DNA from: Sphaerodactylus townsendi
Lineage: Eukaryota
NCBI RefSeq assembly: GCF_021028975.2
Contig: NC_059437.1
Coordinates: 46,314,001-46,378,000, forward strand
Length of the DNA stretch: 64,000 bases
Direction of reading: 5' to 3'
Shown here: positions 24,962 to 36,660 of the stretch, piece after piece
Position numbering within the stretch: position 1 is the first letter of the stretch
Layout: the number at the start of each line of letters is the position of its first letter
The notes under the pieces: generated by a model
Seen by the model: the letters and a program-made list of their open reading frames with translations, nothing else
Database searches by the model: none
What the model was told of the DNA's origin: nothing
Translations under genes and position numbers: made by a program

Positions 24962-26017
24962 CTGGAACGACAAGGAAGACTCAGTGTTGCTACAATCAGT
25001 CACAGTTTTCAAAGAACGACAGAAGCCTTCCACAAGAGGGCCAGGCTCACCCCTTGCTTCCACAATTGGTCCAGCTGGATCGCGTAGGTTGATTGGATGA
25101 GAAAGTTTAATGCTATTCTGTTATGTCAGTGCCATGCAGAGGACTGCAGATCTCTACTTACTGATAAGTGATTGGAACTGCTCCCTGCTTGGCTCAGGGT
25201 TGTTATTGTTTCCCAAGACGGCCCTCGTTCAGGAGCTCTTAGAACCCCGCTGCTCAGAGCTTCCCAAAAACCAAGCAGCTGTCTGCTTGAGGGACCAAGA
25301 CATCAGTAAATCTCAGTTGATAAGCAGTCCATTGTTACTTGATATTCGTTTATTTCATTTTATGTATTGAGCATTTTATAGGTCACTTCCATCCCCTCGG
25401 CGGCTCGGCGAGGTGGCTCTTCCTACAAATACGACTGTTTCCAGAACAGTAAACTCAATATGTAACATAAAAAAATCTAACTCATTAAAAATTCAGCAAC
25501 CCAATTAAAACAATAAATACAAATTAAACAACAAAGGTTGTGTAAAAACACACACAGCAGGCCTCGGGTCTAAAGGCCAAAGGGAGAAGGGGAGGAGAGG
25601 CAGGGCCCAGGATGGGAATCAGGGCCCCTCACAGAAGTTGTAGTCCATAGTATCATAAAGTTATGGATCTGAGATAGCCTCCTATCATCCCCCTGCCAAA
25701 GTAAGCGATGCTGGTAGGGGATGATGGGAACTGTAGTCCATAACATCTGGAGGGCCGCGAGTTTGACACCTGTGCTTTAAGCAGCTTCAGGAGGATACAT
25801 AGGGGGATCAGCAAGGACTGGGCAAAAGTGTTATTTCATTACACTGTCAAACAAGATGCACTTATGCTTGGGGTGGGAGGAAGATGAGAGGGAGAAATGA
25901 TGACCACCTAGCCTGATGGAGGAATATTTCTCCTGAAATAGACAAGCAATCTAATCAAATAGCCAGCTACCAGACTTCTGAGAAACACGGCACTTCCAGT
26001 CTGACTAGAATACTCAC

Positions 26018-26164
26018 TGAAGCTTGTCCACTTCGGCCTGAAGCACTTTCGATGAGCTGCTTTGGTCCTTTGGCCTGCAGCTCTCGCTTCACCTCGCTGA
26101 GCTCAAGGGCAGCTGCTTTGTAATGACGGCGATTGTGGGCTGCCTCTGCTTTGACAGTTGCGAC
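26018..26164 (-). CDS. GOLGA3: GOLGA3 coding exon 18 (apparent +7 nt frameshift)
   Basis: ttgtag|GTC ... CA|gtgagt; VATVKAEAAHNRRHYKAAALELSEVKRELQAK then LQAEVDKL in a shifted frame; 147 nt, but the next exon needs a phase-2 end (140 nt). Confidence 0.9.
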
Positions 26165-26790
26165 CTACAACAGCAGAACTGCATTAGTGTGACTGCTATA
26201 TTCCAGCCAATCACCATATAAGTTACCCTTTTAGGCAAATGCATGTACATAATGCATATGTATGCAAATAAGCCAACGGCCAAACAGAGAAAGTAAACAT
26301 TACTATTACTGAAGAGGGCAGGCGCCAAAATGTCTAGCCCTTCATTCATCCAGAGGGCTGTATCCTCTCAGGATCCTGAGCCTATTGTTTGCAGAACTGT
26401 TTAGCTCCTTTTAAAATTTAGATTGCAATCTCAAGAAGAGCACATGGATCTATGCCTTTAGAATACCAAACTGTTTCATAGAGTTTCGTGACTGAGTGGG
26501 GATTTTCACCTGGGTCTCCCTAGTCCTAGTCCATAACGCTAGCTGTTACACCACCCTGGCTTTCAAGCGTAGTCAGTTATTCATTAATTAGATGGCATTT
26601 CTTTACTTTTAATGCAATGTTGTGCGCGACACTGTTATTACAACGTAGAAGCACAGTGGTTGAAAGAATATAATTGTAGGTTCAAACTTTGTGCTTGCAA
26701 AAAACTCACTGAGTGAGTTCAGGCAAGCTCTTCTTTCAGCCTTAGGAAACTCCACTCTCCTAATCTGCAACAGGCAAGACTATACACTGA

Positions 26791-26931
26791 GGCTCATTCC
26801 GCACATGCAGAATAATGCACTTTCAAACTGCTTTCAGTGCTCTTTGAAGCTGTGCAGAATAGCAAAATCCACTTGCAAACAGTTGTGAAAGTGGTTTGAA
26901 AACGCATTATTTTGCGTGTGTGGAAGGGGCC
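26791..26931. mobile_element. Harbinger-like hairpin MITE (family also at 35755-35895, 58274-58414, ~60192-60345)
   Basis: ggctcattccgcacatgcagaataatgc...gtgtggaaggggcc; 3-bp TSD tga. Confidence 0.75.
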
Positions 26932-27084
26932 TGAGCTACCTTACTACTGGGCATTGGGAAGGCTATTGGGAAGATTAGAAGAACATAATAAAGTGCTTTG
27001 AAGACAAAAAGGACTCTATAAACACCATGTACTCAGCTTGTGTATTGTCGGCTATCTAATGGGTTTGGATCATTAGGTGCCAGA

Positions 27085-27260
27085 GCTATTAAGGGTCGTA
27101 GTTTAGCAGTATTTTCTCCTGACGTTGGCTACCTGAGCCTGTGGCTGGCACTGATCTTCTGGATCCCCCTGAAGATGCCAGCCACAGATGCAGGTAAAAC
27201 GTCAGGAGAGAATGCTGCTAGAACACGGCCATACAGCCCGGAAACCACACAGCACCCAAA
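27085..27260. mobile_element. Penelope-like element terminal hairpin fragment
   Basis: ctgaagatgccagccacagatgcagg.aaaacgtcaggagagaatgctgctagaacacggccatacagcccggaaac preceded by its inverted copy; same family at 62123-62340 and ~33305-33390. Confidence 0.65.
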
Positions 27261-27679
27261 CCATGTACTATTATTATTATTATTATTCTCCTCCACTTTT
27301 ATCTAAGATTGGCTTCCAAAATGACTTACAACAATTCAAATCCACCACAAAGGTAATGGGCAAGATGTTAGAGATTCGGGAGTGTGTTTGTTGGCCCACA
27401 GCTTGGAAGAGAACATTTGTGGCTAGGATGAACGAGCTGGATGGAGAGAGGTGGCCAAGGTGTATTTATTTGCCTAAGGTCAGCTGATGGGTTTGGGCTA
27501 CAGCTTGAGGCAGTTGAACAGGACTGAGGAGGATTTCACTCTCCTAGCTATTCCCTGTGCCAGTGGTGGCGAACCTTTGGCACTCCAGATGTTATGGACT
27601 ACAATTCCCATCAGCCCCTGCCAGCATGGCCAATTGGCTAACAGTCAATGCTTAAAGTTCACATGTATGCCTGCAACTC

Positions 27680-27842
27680 ACCTGGATGGCGAACGCTATC
27701 CCGATCTTGTCACTTAAGCAGGCTTGGCCTTGTTAGAACTTGAATAGGAGACCACTAAAGAAGTCCACGCAGAAAATGTCCCTTGCCTTGAAAACTCTAC
27801 AGGGTCACCCTAAGTTGGTTGTGATTTGACGGCTCTTTCCCA
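27680..27842 (+). mobile_element. 5S rRNA-derived SINE (5S-Sauria-like)
   Basis: Degenerate 5S head (cccgatct...taagcagggc...ttag.acttg.at.ggagacc) plus a Sauria-type tail; other copies at ~34500-34700 (+), 34915-35130 (-) and 51810-51960 (-). Confidence 0.65.
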
Positions 27843-27929
27843 TGCCTGCCGCTCACACAAAGGTTTTTTTACCTACTAGCTCAATTTGCCATAAATGCTC
27901 CTAATGGAAGTCCTCAGCCAAGCCCATAC

Positions 27930-28046
27930 CTGTTCTTTAAGGTCATTCACTTTTGTCTTCTCTTTTTCTAGGGCCATCTGCAAGGCTTGAACAAGTTGCT
28001 TCATTTGCTGATCCTCTTCTTCTTTGCGCTTCAGAACTGCTTGGAC
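27930..28046 (-). CDS. GOLGA3: GOLGA3 coding exon 17
   Basis: ttccag|GTC ... CAG|gtatgg; 117 nt; VQAVLKRKEEEDQQMKQLVQALQ...LKEQ. Confidence 0.95.
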
Positions 28047-28708
28047 CTGGAACATCGATAAAACCCAAATGGTGAACAGGGTAAAATAAAATCCCACGTT
28101 GCAGTGCGCTGGCGCTGCAAGGTAAACACTAGCAGCAAACTCAGACTCAAAACAACAATCAAACAGTACCATACTAGAGTGTAGAAACTGGATCAGACTG
28201 ACCCAGATTATTGGGGAAAATGATTTAAAAAGCCCTCTGCAACTCTATACCCCAGTATATTCCCATAACTTTATTGAAGACAACTGCCCTCTGGTGTTTC
28301 TGAGACCTCCCACTGATTTTTTTCTTTTGGTAAATTACAAGCTATATACCCTGTTGGGATCATTTTTACCCATAACTGCATCTAAAGGGAAACCCAAATT
28401 AGCATGTAGGGCAAAATTCACAAAACATAATTTGCTTAATGGTTAGTTTTATTGCTTGTTGCTACTGCTCTATTCCTCTAGTGCCAAATACTGAATAAAG
28501 AGTTTATTTAATTTATTTTATTAAATTTCTATATTTATTTTTTTTTAAAACCCTCCCCAACGGCTGGAAGCACGCTCAGTGCAACCTCCAAGGAGTTTTG
28601 TTTCTATGACTTATTTTGGGGTCTACTTGATCCCAAAACCAAAATAGTAAAATACAGTTTGGTGGAGGATTACAGGGTGCTCTTTGAAAGCCAATTAAAC
28701 GAACCATA

Positions 28709-28808
28709 TGGATGGCCATCTGTCAGGAGTGCTTTGATTATGTGTTCCGGCATTGCAGGGGGTTGGACTTGATGGCCCTTGGGGTCTCTTCCAACTCTAT
28801 GATTCTAT
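28709..28808 (+). mobile_element. CR1 LINE extreme 3' tail
   Basis: Near-identical to 20486-20584; ends ccaactctatgattctatg. Confidence 0.8.
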
Positions 28809-28874
28809 GTTAAAACAGGCTTACAGGCATACAGTAATCCTAGACTGCTGCCCAAATGAAAATGCTGGGAGTAC

Positions 28875-29072
28875 CTGAAGATTCAGCTGCACGAGATCTG
28901 CCTCCCTTTTGGCCAGCGCTGCCTCGAGGATGCGATTGTGCTCCCGTAGAGCCGCATTGGATTGGCCGAGACCTGTAAGTTTCCCCCGTTCGTGCTCAAG
29001 TTCAAGTGACAGCTTCTTGTTTATTTCTTCCAGACGTTTTATCTTCTTTCGGAAGCCCCTTGATTCTTGAAG
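28875..29072 (-). CDS. GOLGA3: GOLGA3 coding exon 16
   Basis: gttcag|CTT ... CAG|gtactc; 198 nt; LQESRGFRKKIKRLEE...READLVQLNLQ. Confidence 0.95.
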
Positions 29073-29821
29073 CTGAACAACCGTATGTATGGTTACTGCT
29101 TTCAAAAGCTACCACAATGCAGGTTTGCTAGGTTACTGAACAACTCAGGGACAGCAGAAATGTTCATTGTTTTACAGCAGGGCTTTCTAAGGGTGAATCC
29201 AGACTGAGTTTTCTACCAGTGGAATGGAATTTTCCTGAATCACTTTCCCAATGGAACCCACCAGTCTCTATGAAAGGCTGCTTCTAAAGGAAAGGGGCTC
29301 TAAGGAATGACATAAGAGGGTTGTCTGCAGCAGGAAGGGAGAATTAATGGAAATATCAGGTAGCAAAAGATTCAGTCCTGATTTTATTTCAGCGCCATAA
29401 GATTTTATTTCAGCGCCATCCATATTTGTTAAGTCTGTGGACAGCTTTGGAATTTTGAGAGGGAGTGACGAGCATCATGCCACCCCAAAAGGGCTGCCAA
29501 AAGAGGCAAAGTCAAGTCCAAAATGGATGCCACAGAAGGTGGAGCCAAATGGAATACTTTGTTTCCTCATGCTTCCTGGGAAGAAGGAAAGCCTGAAAGG
29601 AAAAGGGAACCACACACTATCAAAGGAAACCCCAGAGGCTTTCCAGTGTTCTTGATCCTCAGTGGAAAACCCTTTCATTTGAATGAGGGCAGCCAATAAC
29701 AAGCCCTGCCTCACAATGGACCCACCCACTTTCTGAAAAGACTGGCAGCTGTCATGTTGGGGAAGCCTGGTGTAACCCATATTCTAGGCAACTAGAAAGG
29801 CAAAACTGGAAAAGTCAGTAC

Positions 29822-29965
29822 CTCATCTTCGAGTTCAAGGACTTTTTCTCTGTAATCTTCCAACTCCTGACTGGTGACTGAGATAATTTCTTGCAGTTCC
29901 TTTTCTAGTACCATCTTGCTGTGGCCAAGAGTTTGCAATTCTACCTCCAGAGCCCGAATTCTTTC
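29822..29965 (-). CDS. GOLGA3: GOLGA3 coding exon 15
   Basis: ctgcag|GAA ... GAG|gtactg; 144 nt; ERIRALEVELQ...REKVLELEDE. Confidence 0.95.
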
Positions 29966-30022
29966 CTGCAGGCAAAGATCCACAAAGACTCATTAGAACC
30001 ACCACTACAGCAACAAGAAAAA

Positions 30023-30303
30023 GGAGAAGAGGAGTAGTAGTTTGGATTTATATCCCCCCTTTCTCTCCTGAAGGAGACTCAAAGGGGTTTACAATCTCCT
30101 TCCCCCCACCCCCCCAACACCTTGTGAGGTGGGTGAGGATGAAAGAGCTCTGAAGAACTGTGACTAGCCCTAGGTCACCAGCTGGCACACGCACAAGCTA
30201 ATCTGATTCACTAGATAAGCCTACACAGCTCAGGTGGCAGAGCGGGGAATCAAACCCAGTTCTCCAGATTAGAGTGAATCTGCACTTAACCACTACACCA
30301 CGC
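30023..30303 (-). mobile_element. Squam3-like tRNA-derived SINE
   Basis: Reverse complement of the 56373-56668 family. Confidence 0.85.
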
Positions 30304-30509
30304 CCTCTGATTGGGCTGCCTGATGAACAAAGCATATATAAACACTACTAATTACTGCTCTGCATTGCCTCCATGCAGTGCATTCCTTCTGTCTCAGTTA
30401 ATTCAACGACAACCACCAAGGGCTCCTCTAGATAGCAGTTTTCAAGATCCTAGGAGGGTCGGGTCCACCTCTACCTAGAGTACTGCAACTCTACAGGACA
30501 TTTGCCTAC

Positions 30510-30726
30510 TTGGTCTGCCTGGCTGTGCTCTCCATCGGAGATCTGTGCCTTCAGTTTGCTCAGCTCTGCTTCTGATGTTTCCTTTGCAGCGAGGGCTTCC
30601 TGCAGCCGCCGACTCAGGATCCCGACAGCATTCTCGTAGGCTTTGTGCTTTGCTTTCATCTCCTTCTGTGCCGTGCTGAGATCTGACCCCAGTCGCTTCA
30701 TTTTGTGCTTCTGCTCAGTTATGGCC
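30510..30726 (-). CDS. GOLGA3: GOLGA3 coding exon 14
   Basis: aatcag|G ... CAA|gtaggc; 217 nt; AITEQKHKMKRLGSDL...KHKAYENAVGILSRRLQEAL. Confidence 0.94.
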
Positions 30727-31437
30727 CTGATTTTAAAACAAAAGAAGCAGACCCGTTCAATTGCTTTCCCCAGACACTAATGGTGTACATTGGAGAATTG
30801 CATATTAAAGGAAATGCTAACAAATTCTAACACTCTTCATTCAGAGTCCACAACCATATTCCTTTTCTTTGTTGGGGTACTTTATAATCTGAGTGGCAGG
30901 GTGAATCTAGAGGATTTCATATTATTTTGTGGGGTGAGTATTCAAACAGTTGCGTCCGAACCCACGGTTCTGTACCAGATTCTTGCACTGTCCACGCAAA
31001 TTATCTCACCTACTTGGAATGTAATGCCTCTCATGCATCTTTTTTTCTGAATGAAAACTGTTGTGTTATTCCAAACTCTTCTGCAATAGCTTCACACTTC
31101 TGATATGTCTGTCTGCATCCCACATTTCTTACATCCTCCATTTCACTGGAAGAGCACGATGAATGCAATCCTGATGGCCACAGCTTTCAGGCAGTGCGAG
31201 AGTGAGGGAAGTCCTTCCCGTGCCTGAACTGCCCCATAGGCTTGGATGGCTCACGATGCACAAAAGTGCATTCCCGGATTGGAACGCCGGTGGAAGGGTG
31301 GCCAGCACATTTGCCCCCTGTGCCAGTGGGGCTGCCCCTTATGTGGAGGAGGGCCCTCTGCCAGTTCCTTTGTGGATCTGCCCTTCCCATTTGGATTGGG
31401 CTGCCCAAGTGCTAAGTAGGGGGTGCCCTCCCACCTA

Positions 31438-31990
31438 CCGTGTTTCCCCGAAAATAAGACAGTGTTTTATATTAATTTTTGCTCCCAAAGATGCGCTATG
31501 TCTTATTTTCAGGGGATGTCTTATTTTTCCGCTCCACAGCTGCATGCTCTGGTGTTCTGTTCGACGGGCATGCTTCCAAACAAAAACTTTGCTATGTCTA
31601 ACTTTTGGGGGATGTTTTATATTTAGCACTTCAGCAAAACCTCTACTACATCTTATTCTCAGGAGATGTCTTATTTTTCTGCTCCACAGCTGCATGCTCT
31701 GGTGTTCTGTTAGACAGGCATGCTTCCAAACAAAAACTTTGCTACGTCTTACTTTCGGGGGATGCTTTATATTTAGAACTTCAGCAAAAGCTCTACTACA
31801 TCTTATTCTCAGGGGATGTCTTATTTTTCCGCTCCACAGCTGCATGCTCTGGTGTTCTGTTCGACAGGCATGCTTCCAAACAAAAACTTTGCTACGTCTT
31901 ACTTTCGGGGGATGTTTTATATTTAGCACTTCAGCAAAACCTCTACTATGTCTTATTTTCAGGGGATGTCTTATTTTCGGGGAAACAGGG
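31438..31990. mobile_element. Tc1/mariner-superfamily (Tc2/pogo-like) non-autonomous element with three 150-bp internal tandem repeats
   Basis: TIR ccgtgtttccccgaaaataagac...gtcttattttcggggaaacaggg; TA TSD; 150-bp unit repeated about three times from ~31496. Confidence 0.85.
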
Positions 31991-32900
31991 TAGGTGGGAA
32001 TCTTCTGTTCACGGAAGGAGTCCTTCTGCAAACTCTGGATTCAACACAGAGTCTTGGGTGCCATCACTGAGAAACACAAGTAGCAAATATCCTCCTTCCT
32101 TGTTAGTTAACATGAGGCACAGTTGCTAGGAAGTATCTTTTATATGGCCACCCTATTCTGAAGCAGTTTCCATTAATTTCAGGGGCACTTCTGACTTAGT
32201 CAGATCTGCTTATTTCGTCTTTCCCCACTCTCCCCTCCAATGATGCCCAAAATCTATCACCTGAAACATCATGCCTGCCAGAACAGAGCTCCCCACCCCC
32301 CACCCCTTCCCCTGGAACAAAAGAAATCCACTGAACTCTGCGTTTGCGCTCAGATAACACGAATATTAACAGTGGATTCAAGTTAATTTGACCAGAATAT
32401 CAGCAGCACACCCACAGCAAACAGCGTGAGCTGCACGGCAAAGGGCTCAGCGAGCAGAATGTTGGCAAAAATCCCAAAAGCAAACACTTCTTGATTCCAC
32501 TCTAATTTTATACTAATTGGGATTAAAAGCTAAAGGGGGATAACAAACAAAACCTACATTATCCAGGCAAATAATTAAAACAAGCCACACAGAACTAGAG
32601 ACAAACATATTGCAAGAATCAGACCCCACCATTTTTTAAAGCACTGTTCACTTAAAGTCACCTAATTCAGAAGCGTCAACCCAAGGAAGCTACTTCAAAA
32701 GGACTTGAGGCCACGCCCACGATCCATCTCCTTTTGACACCTACATGGGCAGCCACGGGGTTCTCAAAATGAGCAAGAAAGCTCATTGATCTGCCCTTTC
32801 ATTTCAAAATTACTTAAGTGGCTTAAGAGAAAGGGCCATGGCTCAGTGGTAGGGCATCTGCTTGGCACGCAGAGGGTCCCAGGTTCGATCCCCGGCATTT

Positions 32901-33186
32901 AGAAGAAGAGGAGTTTGGATTTATACCCCACTTCTCTCAACCAGAAGGAGTCTCAAAGCAGCTGATACATTTCTTCCCTTCCTCTCCCAACAGGCCCCTG
33001 GTGAAGGAGATGGGGCTGAGAGAGTTCTGAGAAAACGGTGACTGGGCCAAAGTCACCCAGCAGGCTTCAGCTGAAGGAGTGGGGAAACAAACATGGTTTA
33101 GTAGATTAGAGTCCACTGCTTATGTGGAGGAATGGAGAAGCAAAACCCAATTCTCCAGAGTAGAGTTCACCACTCTTCCCCACTAC
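32901..33186 (-). mobile_element. Squam3-like SINE, truncating a tRNA-like SINE head at 32833-32900
   Basis: gagtttggatttatacccc...ctccagagtagag family signature. Confidence 0.75.
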
Positions 33187-33946
33187 ATTATCATTTAAAA
33201 CAATCAGACAGGAGGGGGTTAAGGGAGGGGGGAGGGAAGGCTGGCATCTGGTTGTGGCCTGCCCACTCACCCCAAGGGGACGGGGAGGGAGAGGGTTTCC
33301 ACATCGAAGATGCCAGCAGTAGATGCAGGCAAAATGTTAGGCGCAAAAGCTACCAGACCACAGCCACATAGTCTGGGAAATCCACAACCGATAGCAATAA
33401 TTCATCTATATAGCTCCAGAAACAGCGCTGGATGCTCAAAAAACTTCCTTGGCTTGCTACAGAGCAGACATCTGACTTTGTAACCCCTGGCTTCAGCTAT
33501 AAACTCTTCTCTCCGGCACTGGTCACACTACTTGACTTAGCACTGATACCTGTGAGGAAACCAGATCCTTCCTCCTTTCACCTTTTACTCCATTTCCTAC
33601 TCTAATTTCAGACTTATGCTCTGGCTTTGACAAAAGGCCTGGTTGCCCTCCGCTTTTGGGGTTCTTGAATCTTTTAACATAGATGAACATAGACAGATGC
33701 ATGTTTACAAGCAACGAGAGATGGCTGCTGCTGAATTCTCACCTGATCAGTCTGTTAGTGAAAGAGAACGCGACTGTTTCAGTTCTACAGACCACCCAAT
33801 GATACAGATATGAGAAATCCACAGAAATTAACCTGTGTTATACAACAGACTTGCTGAAACTGTATGTGCATTCAGGTACTGGAAGATGATCAAAAACATG
33901 AAAAAATTATTCTGTATGGCATGGTTAGACCCACTGTTATACTCAC

Positions 33947-34041
33947 ATTTTAGCTTCCTGTTGCATCTCATCCACCTGCTGCTTCAGTGCTTCGTTCATC
34001 TTGGCAAGAGCATCCATTTGCTCTCTATCAAATTGCAGAGA
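33947..34041 (-). CDS. GOLGA3: GOLGA3 coding exon 13
   Basis: ttttag|TCT ... AT|gtgagt; 95 nt; SLQFDREQMDALAKMNEALKQQVDEMQQEAK. Confidence 0.94.
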
Positions 34042-34914
34042 CTAAAAAAGGAAAACATGAAGTTACACATTTCATACTCCAGCGGACTTATATGTGCCAA
34101 CCAAGGTATGGTCAATGAATAGACACATACGAAATTGTTGGAATAAAAATTGCCAGACGAAGGATGCCACAGTATCTTTTGCCAGCTTTTTACCACCATC
34201 CTGCAACAATAAATCTATACTACAACGTTAGTTCATTTACGTATCCCAGATAATCAGAGCTTCTTCCTCAGCCTTTCTGACCCCAAAGCCATTTGGCCAT
34301 TTCAAGTGACACACACTTATTCCAGAAGACTCAGACAATGGCTTAATTCAGACAAATGGTTAAATTAAATTATGGCTACTGTGAAAAGTCTGCATGTCAG
34401 CCAGGCCACTGACTAGCACTCATTATGGCAAGAACGGGATCTGACACCATGATTTGGTTTGGAGCGACATATGAAGACACAAAATAGCTGATTGAACAGT
34501 TCTGACTAGTCTGAGCTCAACAGAGGTTGGAGGCTAAACAGGGCCTGCCATGGCAAGTACTTGGAAGGGAGACCACTGAGAAAGATGAGTTGCTATTCAG
34601 AGGAAGGCAATGGCAAACAACTTCTGCTCCTCCCTTGCCCTGAGAACTTCATGGTCTTGGGGTCACCATGAATTGGTTGCACTTTGACAGCACACAATGA
34701 TGAAGATGTTGATAACGAAGAAGGAGGAGGAGGAGGAGGACATCCTTAGCTTGGTCCCTAACACTGCCTTCCTTAGGCTATAGAGAAAGCTGGTCAGAGT
34801 GGTTCAAAAGCAAAGCCTTTGTGAGCTTTCACCACCTCTTGCTAGCAATCTCCCCCACCAATGAAACCAGCATCTGAAGAAACAGCATGATGTGAATCCC
34901 AGCATCACAAACTG

Positions 34915-35130
34915 GTGGTGGAAAGTGCCATCAAGTCATAGTGTACTTATGGGGACCCGTGCTGGGGATTTCAAGGAACAAGGCGGTCAGAGGTGGTTTG
35001 CCATTGCCTGCCTCCATGTCGCAACCCTGGTATCCTTTGGAAGTGTCCTATCCAAATAATAGCTGGGGAAGCCATGCTTAGCTTCCAAGATCTGGTGAGA
35101 TCAGGCTAGCCTAGCCCACCCAGGACAGGG
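34915..35130 (-). mobile_element. 5S rRNA-derived SINE (5S-Sauria-like)
   Basis: Reverse complement gives ggctagcctgatctcaccagatcttggaagctaagca... (5S-like) followed by ggcaatggcaaaccacctct (Sauria core). Confidence 0.7.
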
Positions 35131-35243
35131 CATCACAAACTAACCATGGTTAAAATACATAAACCATGGCTGCATGTTAAGTCTGAACTGAGATTATACA
35201 TTTATCTTGAAAGCTAGAAGGATAGGCAAGAGGTCCTCCACAC

Positions 35244-35507
35244 CTGCAGCTGGGCTTCCATGTCGTCTCGTTCTCTCTGTGCAGCTTGCAGGTGGCTTTC
35301 CAGCTCTTCCATCTGCTGCTGAACCTCAGACACTTCCTTCTCCAGCCGTGATTTTTCCACCTCCACCGACTTTTTCTCTCCCTGGAGCTGCAGGAGCTCA
35401 CGCTTCAGTTCCTTCATTTCAGAGTCCAGCCTCTTCTTCGTAGCTTTCAGTTCGCTGATCAACTGGTCCTTGGAGCTGGCATCTCGGCGGTAGGCCTCCA
35501 CCATCAC
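35244..35507 (-). CDS. GOLGA3: GOLGA3 coding exon 12
   Basis: atctag|GTG ... CAG|gtgtgg; 264 nt; VMVEAYRRDASSKDQLISELKA...EAQLQ. Confidence 0.95.
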
Positions 35508-35754
35508 CTAGATGGCAAGCGAGAGTTGGAGACACTGGTTTTTTAAAAAGTCATTACAGACAGAAGGCTACATCTTTTTTCAAAGTGTTTTATTTATAGG
35601 AATCAATAATGCTCAAGTGAAAAGCAAGAGGGAGGAGGAAGTGCTCTTACATAATCCAGTATACAATACCATTCACTTCCTATGGGAATGCTGCAATCTC
35701 AAGTGCCCTAGTCGCATAAGGGCCACAAAGATAGCATGTCAAAATAAAGTCTAT

Positions 35755-35895
35755 GGCTCATTCTGCACATGCGGAATAATGCATTTTCAAACTGCTTTCA
35801 ATGCTCTTTGAAGCTATGCGGAATGGCAAAATCCACTTGCAAACAGTTGTGAAAGTGGTTTGAAAACGCATTATTCTGCATGTGCGGAAGGGGCC
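35755..35895. mobile_element. Harbinger-like hairpin MITE
   Basis: Same family as 26791-26931. Confidence 0.75.
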
Positions 35896-36061
35896 CATGT
35901 TCTGGTATTATTTCCAAACTGGGCTCTCCCTGGCTCTAGCTTGGCACTCAAACTACTGCATTGCCCTACTACCGTCCGCTGGCTGCAGGGATCCTGAAAG
36001 AGGTGAAAACAAACATTTAATTTGAAATGGATGGCTCTGAGAAATGGATACACATACACAC

Positions 36062-36139
36062 CTTCTGCTGAAGGAACTGTTCCTTCACCTTCTGCACCTG
36101 CTTCTTGAGGCCCGCACTTTCATGCTGCAGATTCTCCAC
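36062..36139 (-). CDS. GOLGA3: GOLGA3 coding exon 11
   Basis: ccatag|GTG ... AAG|gtgtgt; 78 nt; VENLQHESAGLKKQVQKVKEQFLQQK. Confidence 0.94.
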
Positions 36140-36278
36140 CTATGGAAGAAATAGCCTTGGGTTACAAGAGCACTGATCTCAACTCAATAAGGACTAGGAA
36201 TGATTGACCATGTCAAATGCTGCCATCAGACTGAGTAATAACAGTAGCTCTGACCCGTCTTCACCCAACTGTCTATGG

Positions 36279-36413
36279 CATAGGAGTCAAACTCGAGGCC
36301 CTCCAGATGTGATGGACTACAGCTCCCATCATCCCCCGCCAGCATCATGCTGGCAGGGGATGATGGGAACTGTAGTCCATCACATCTGGAGGGCCGCGAG
36401 TTTGACACCTGTG
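36279..36413. mobile_element. hAT hairpin MITE
   Basis: TIR cataggagtcaaac...gtttgacacctgtg; TSD gtctatgg. Confidence 0.85.
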
Positions 36414-36421
36414 GTCTATGG

Positions 36422-36660
36422 CAATCGGCTACGAGGGCGACCAATGCTGTTTCCGTCCCATGGCCAAGTTGGATTGAAATGGCTCCAGAGCCGAGGGGCT
36501 CTCCGAAAACGCCTGGAGCTGTTCTGTTGCTGCTCTCTCGACTATCTTACCTAAGAACGGAAGATACAGCTCTGAGTGGTAGGGATCAGTAGGATCCAGA
36601 GATGGCTCTTTCAAGAGCGGCCTCACCACTGCCTCTTTCAACCCCAACGAAGACCCAGGG
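36422..36660 (-). mobile_element. L2/CR1-type LINE ORF2 (pre-RT) fragment
   Basis: LKEAVVRPLLKEPSLDPTDP..LPFLGKIVERAATEQLQAF..LEPFQS, a typical L2 reverse-transcriptase N-terminal motif. Confidence 0.8.

Noticed and set aside
31202-32129. Long ORFs (263, 198, 174 aa) with repeated Cys/Phe-rich units
   Set aside because: They are by-products of 150-bp tandem repeats inside a non-autonomous transposon, with no transposase motifs.
32833-32900. tRNA-like sequence with A and B boxes
   Set aside because: It is the head of a tRNA-derived SINE (related copies at ~19945-20110 and ~60020-60195), truncated by another SINE; no convincing intact cloverleaf.
34915-35130. 5S rRNA gene
   Set aside because: The 5S-like part is degenerate and fused to a Sauria-type SINE body, and there are several dispersed copies.
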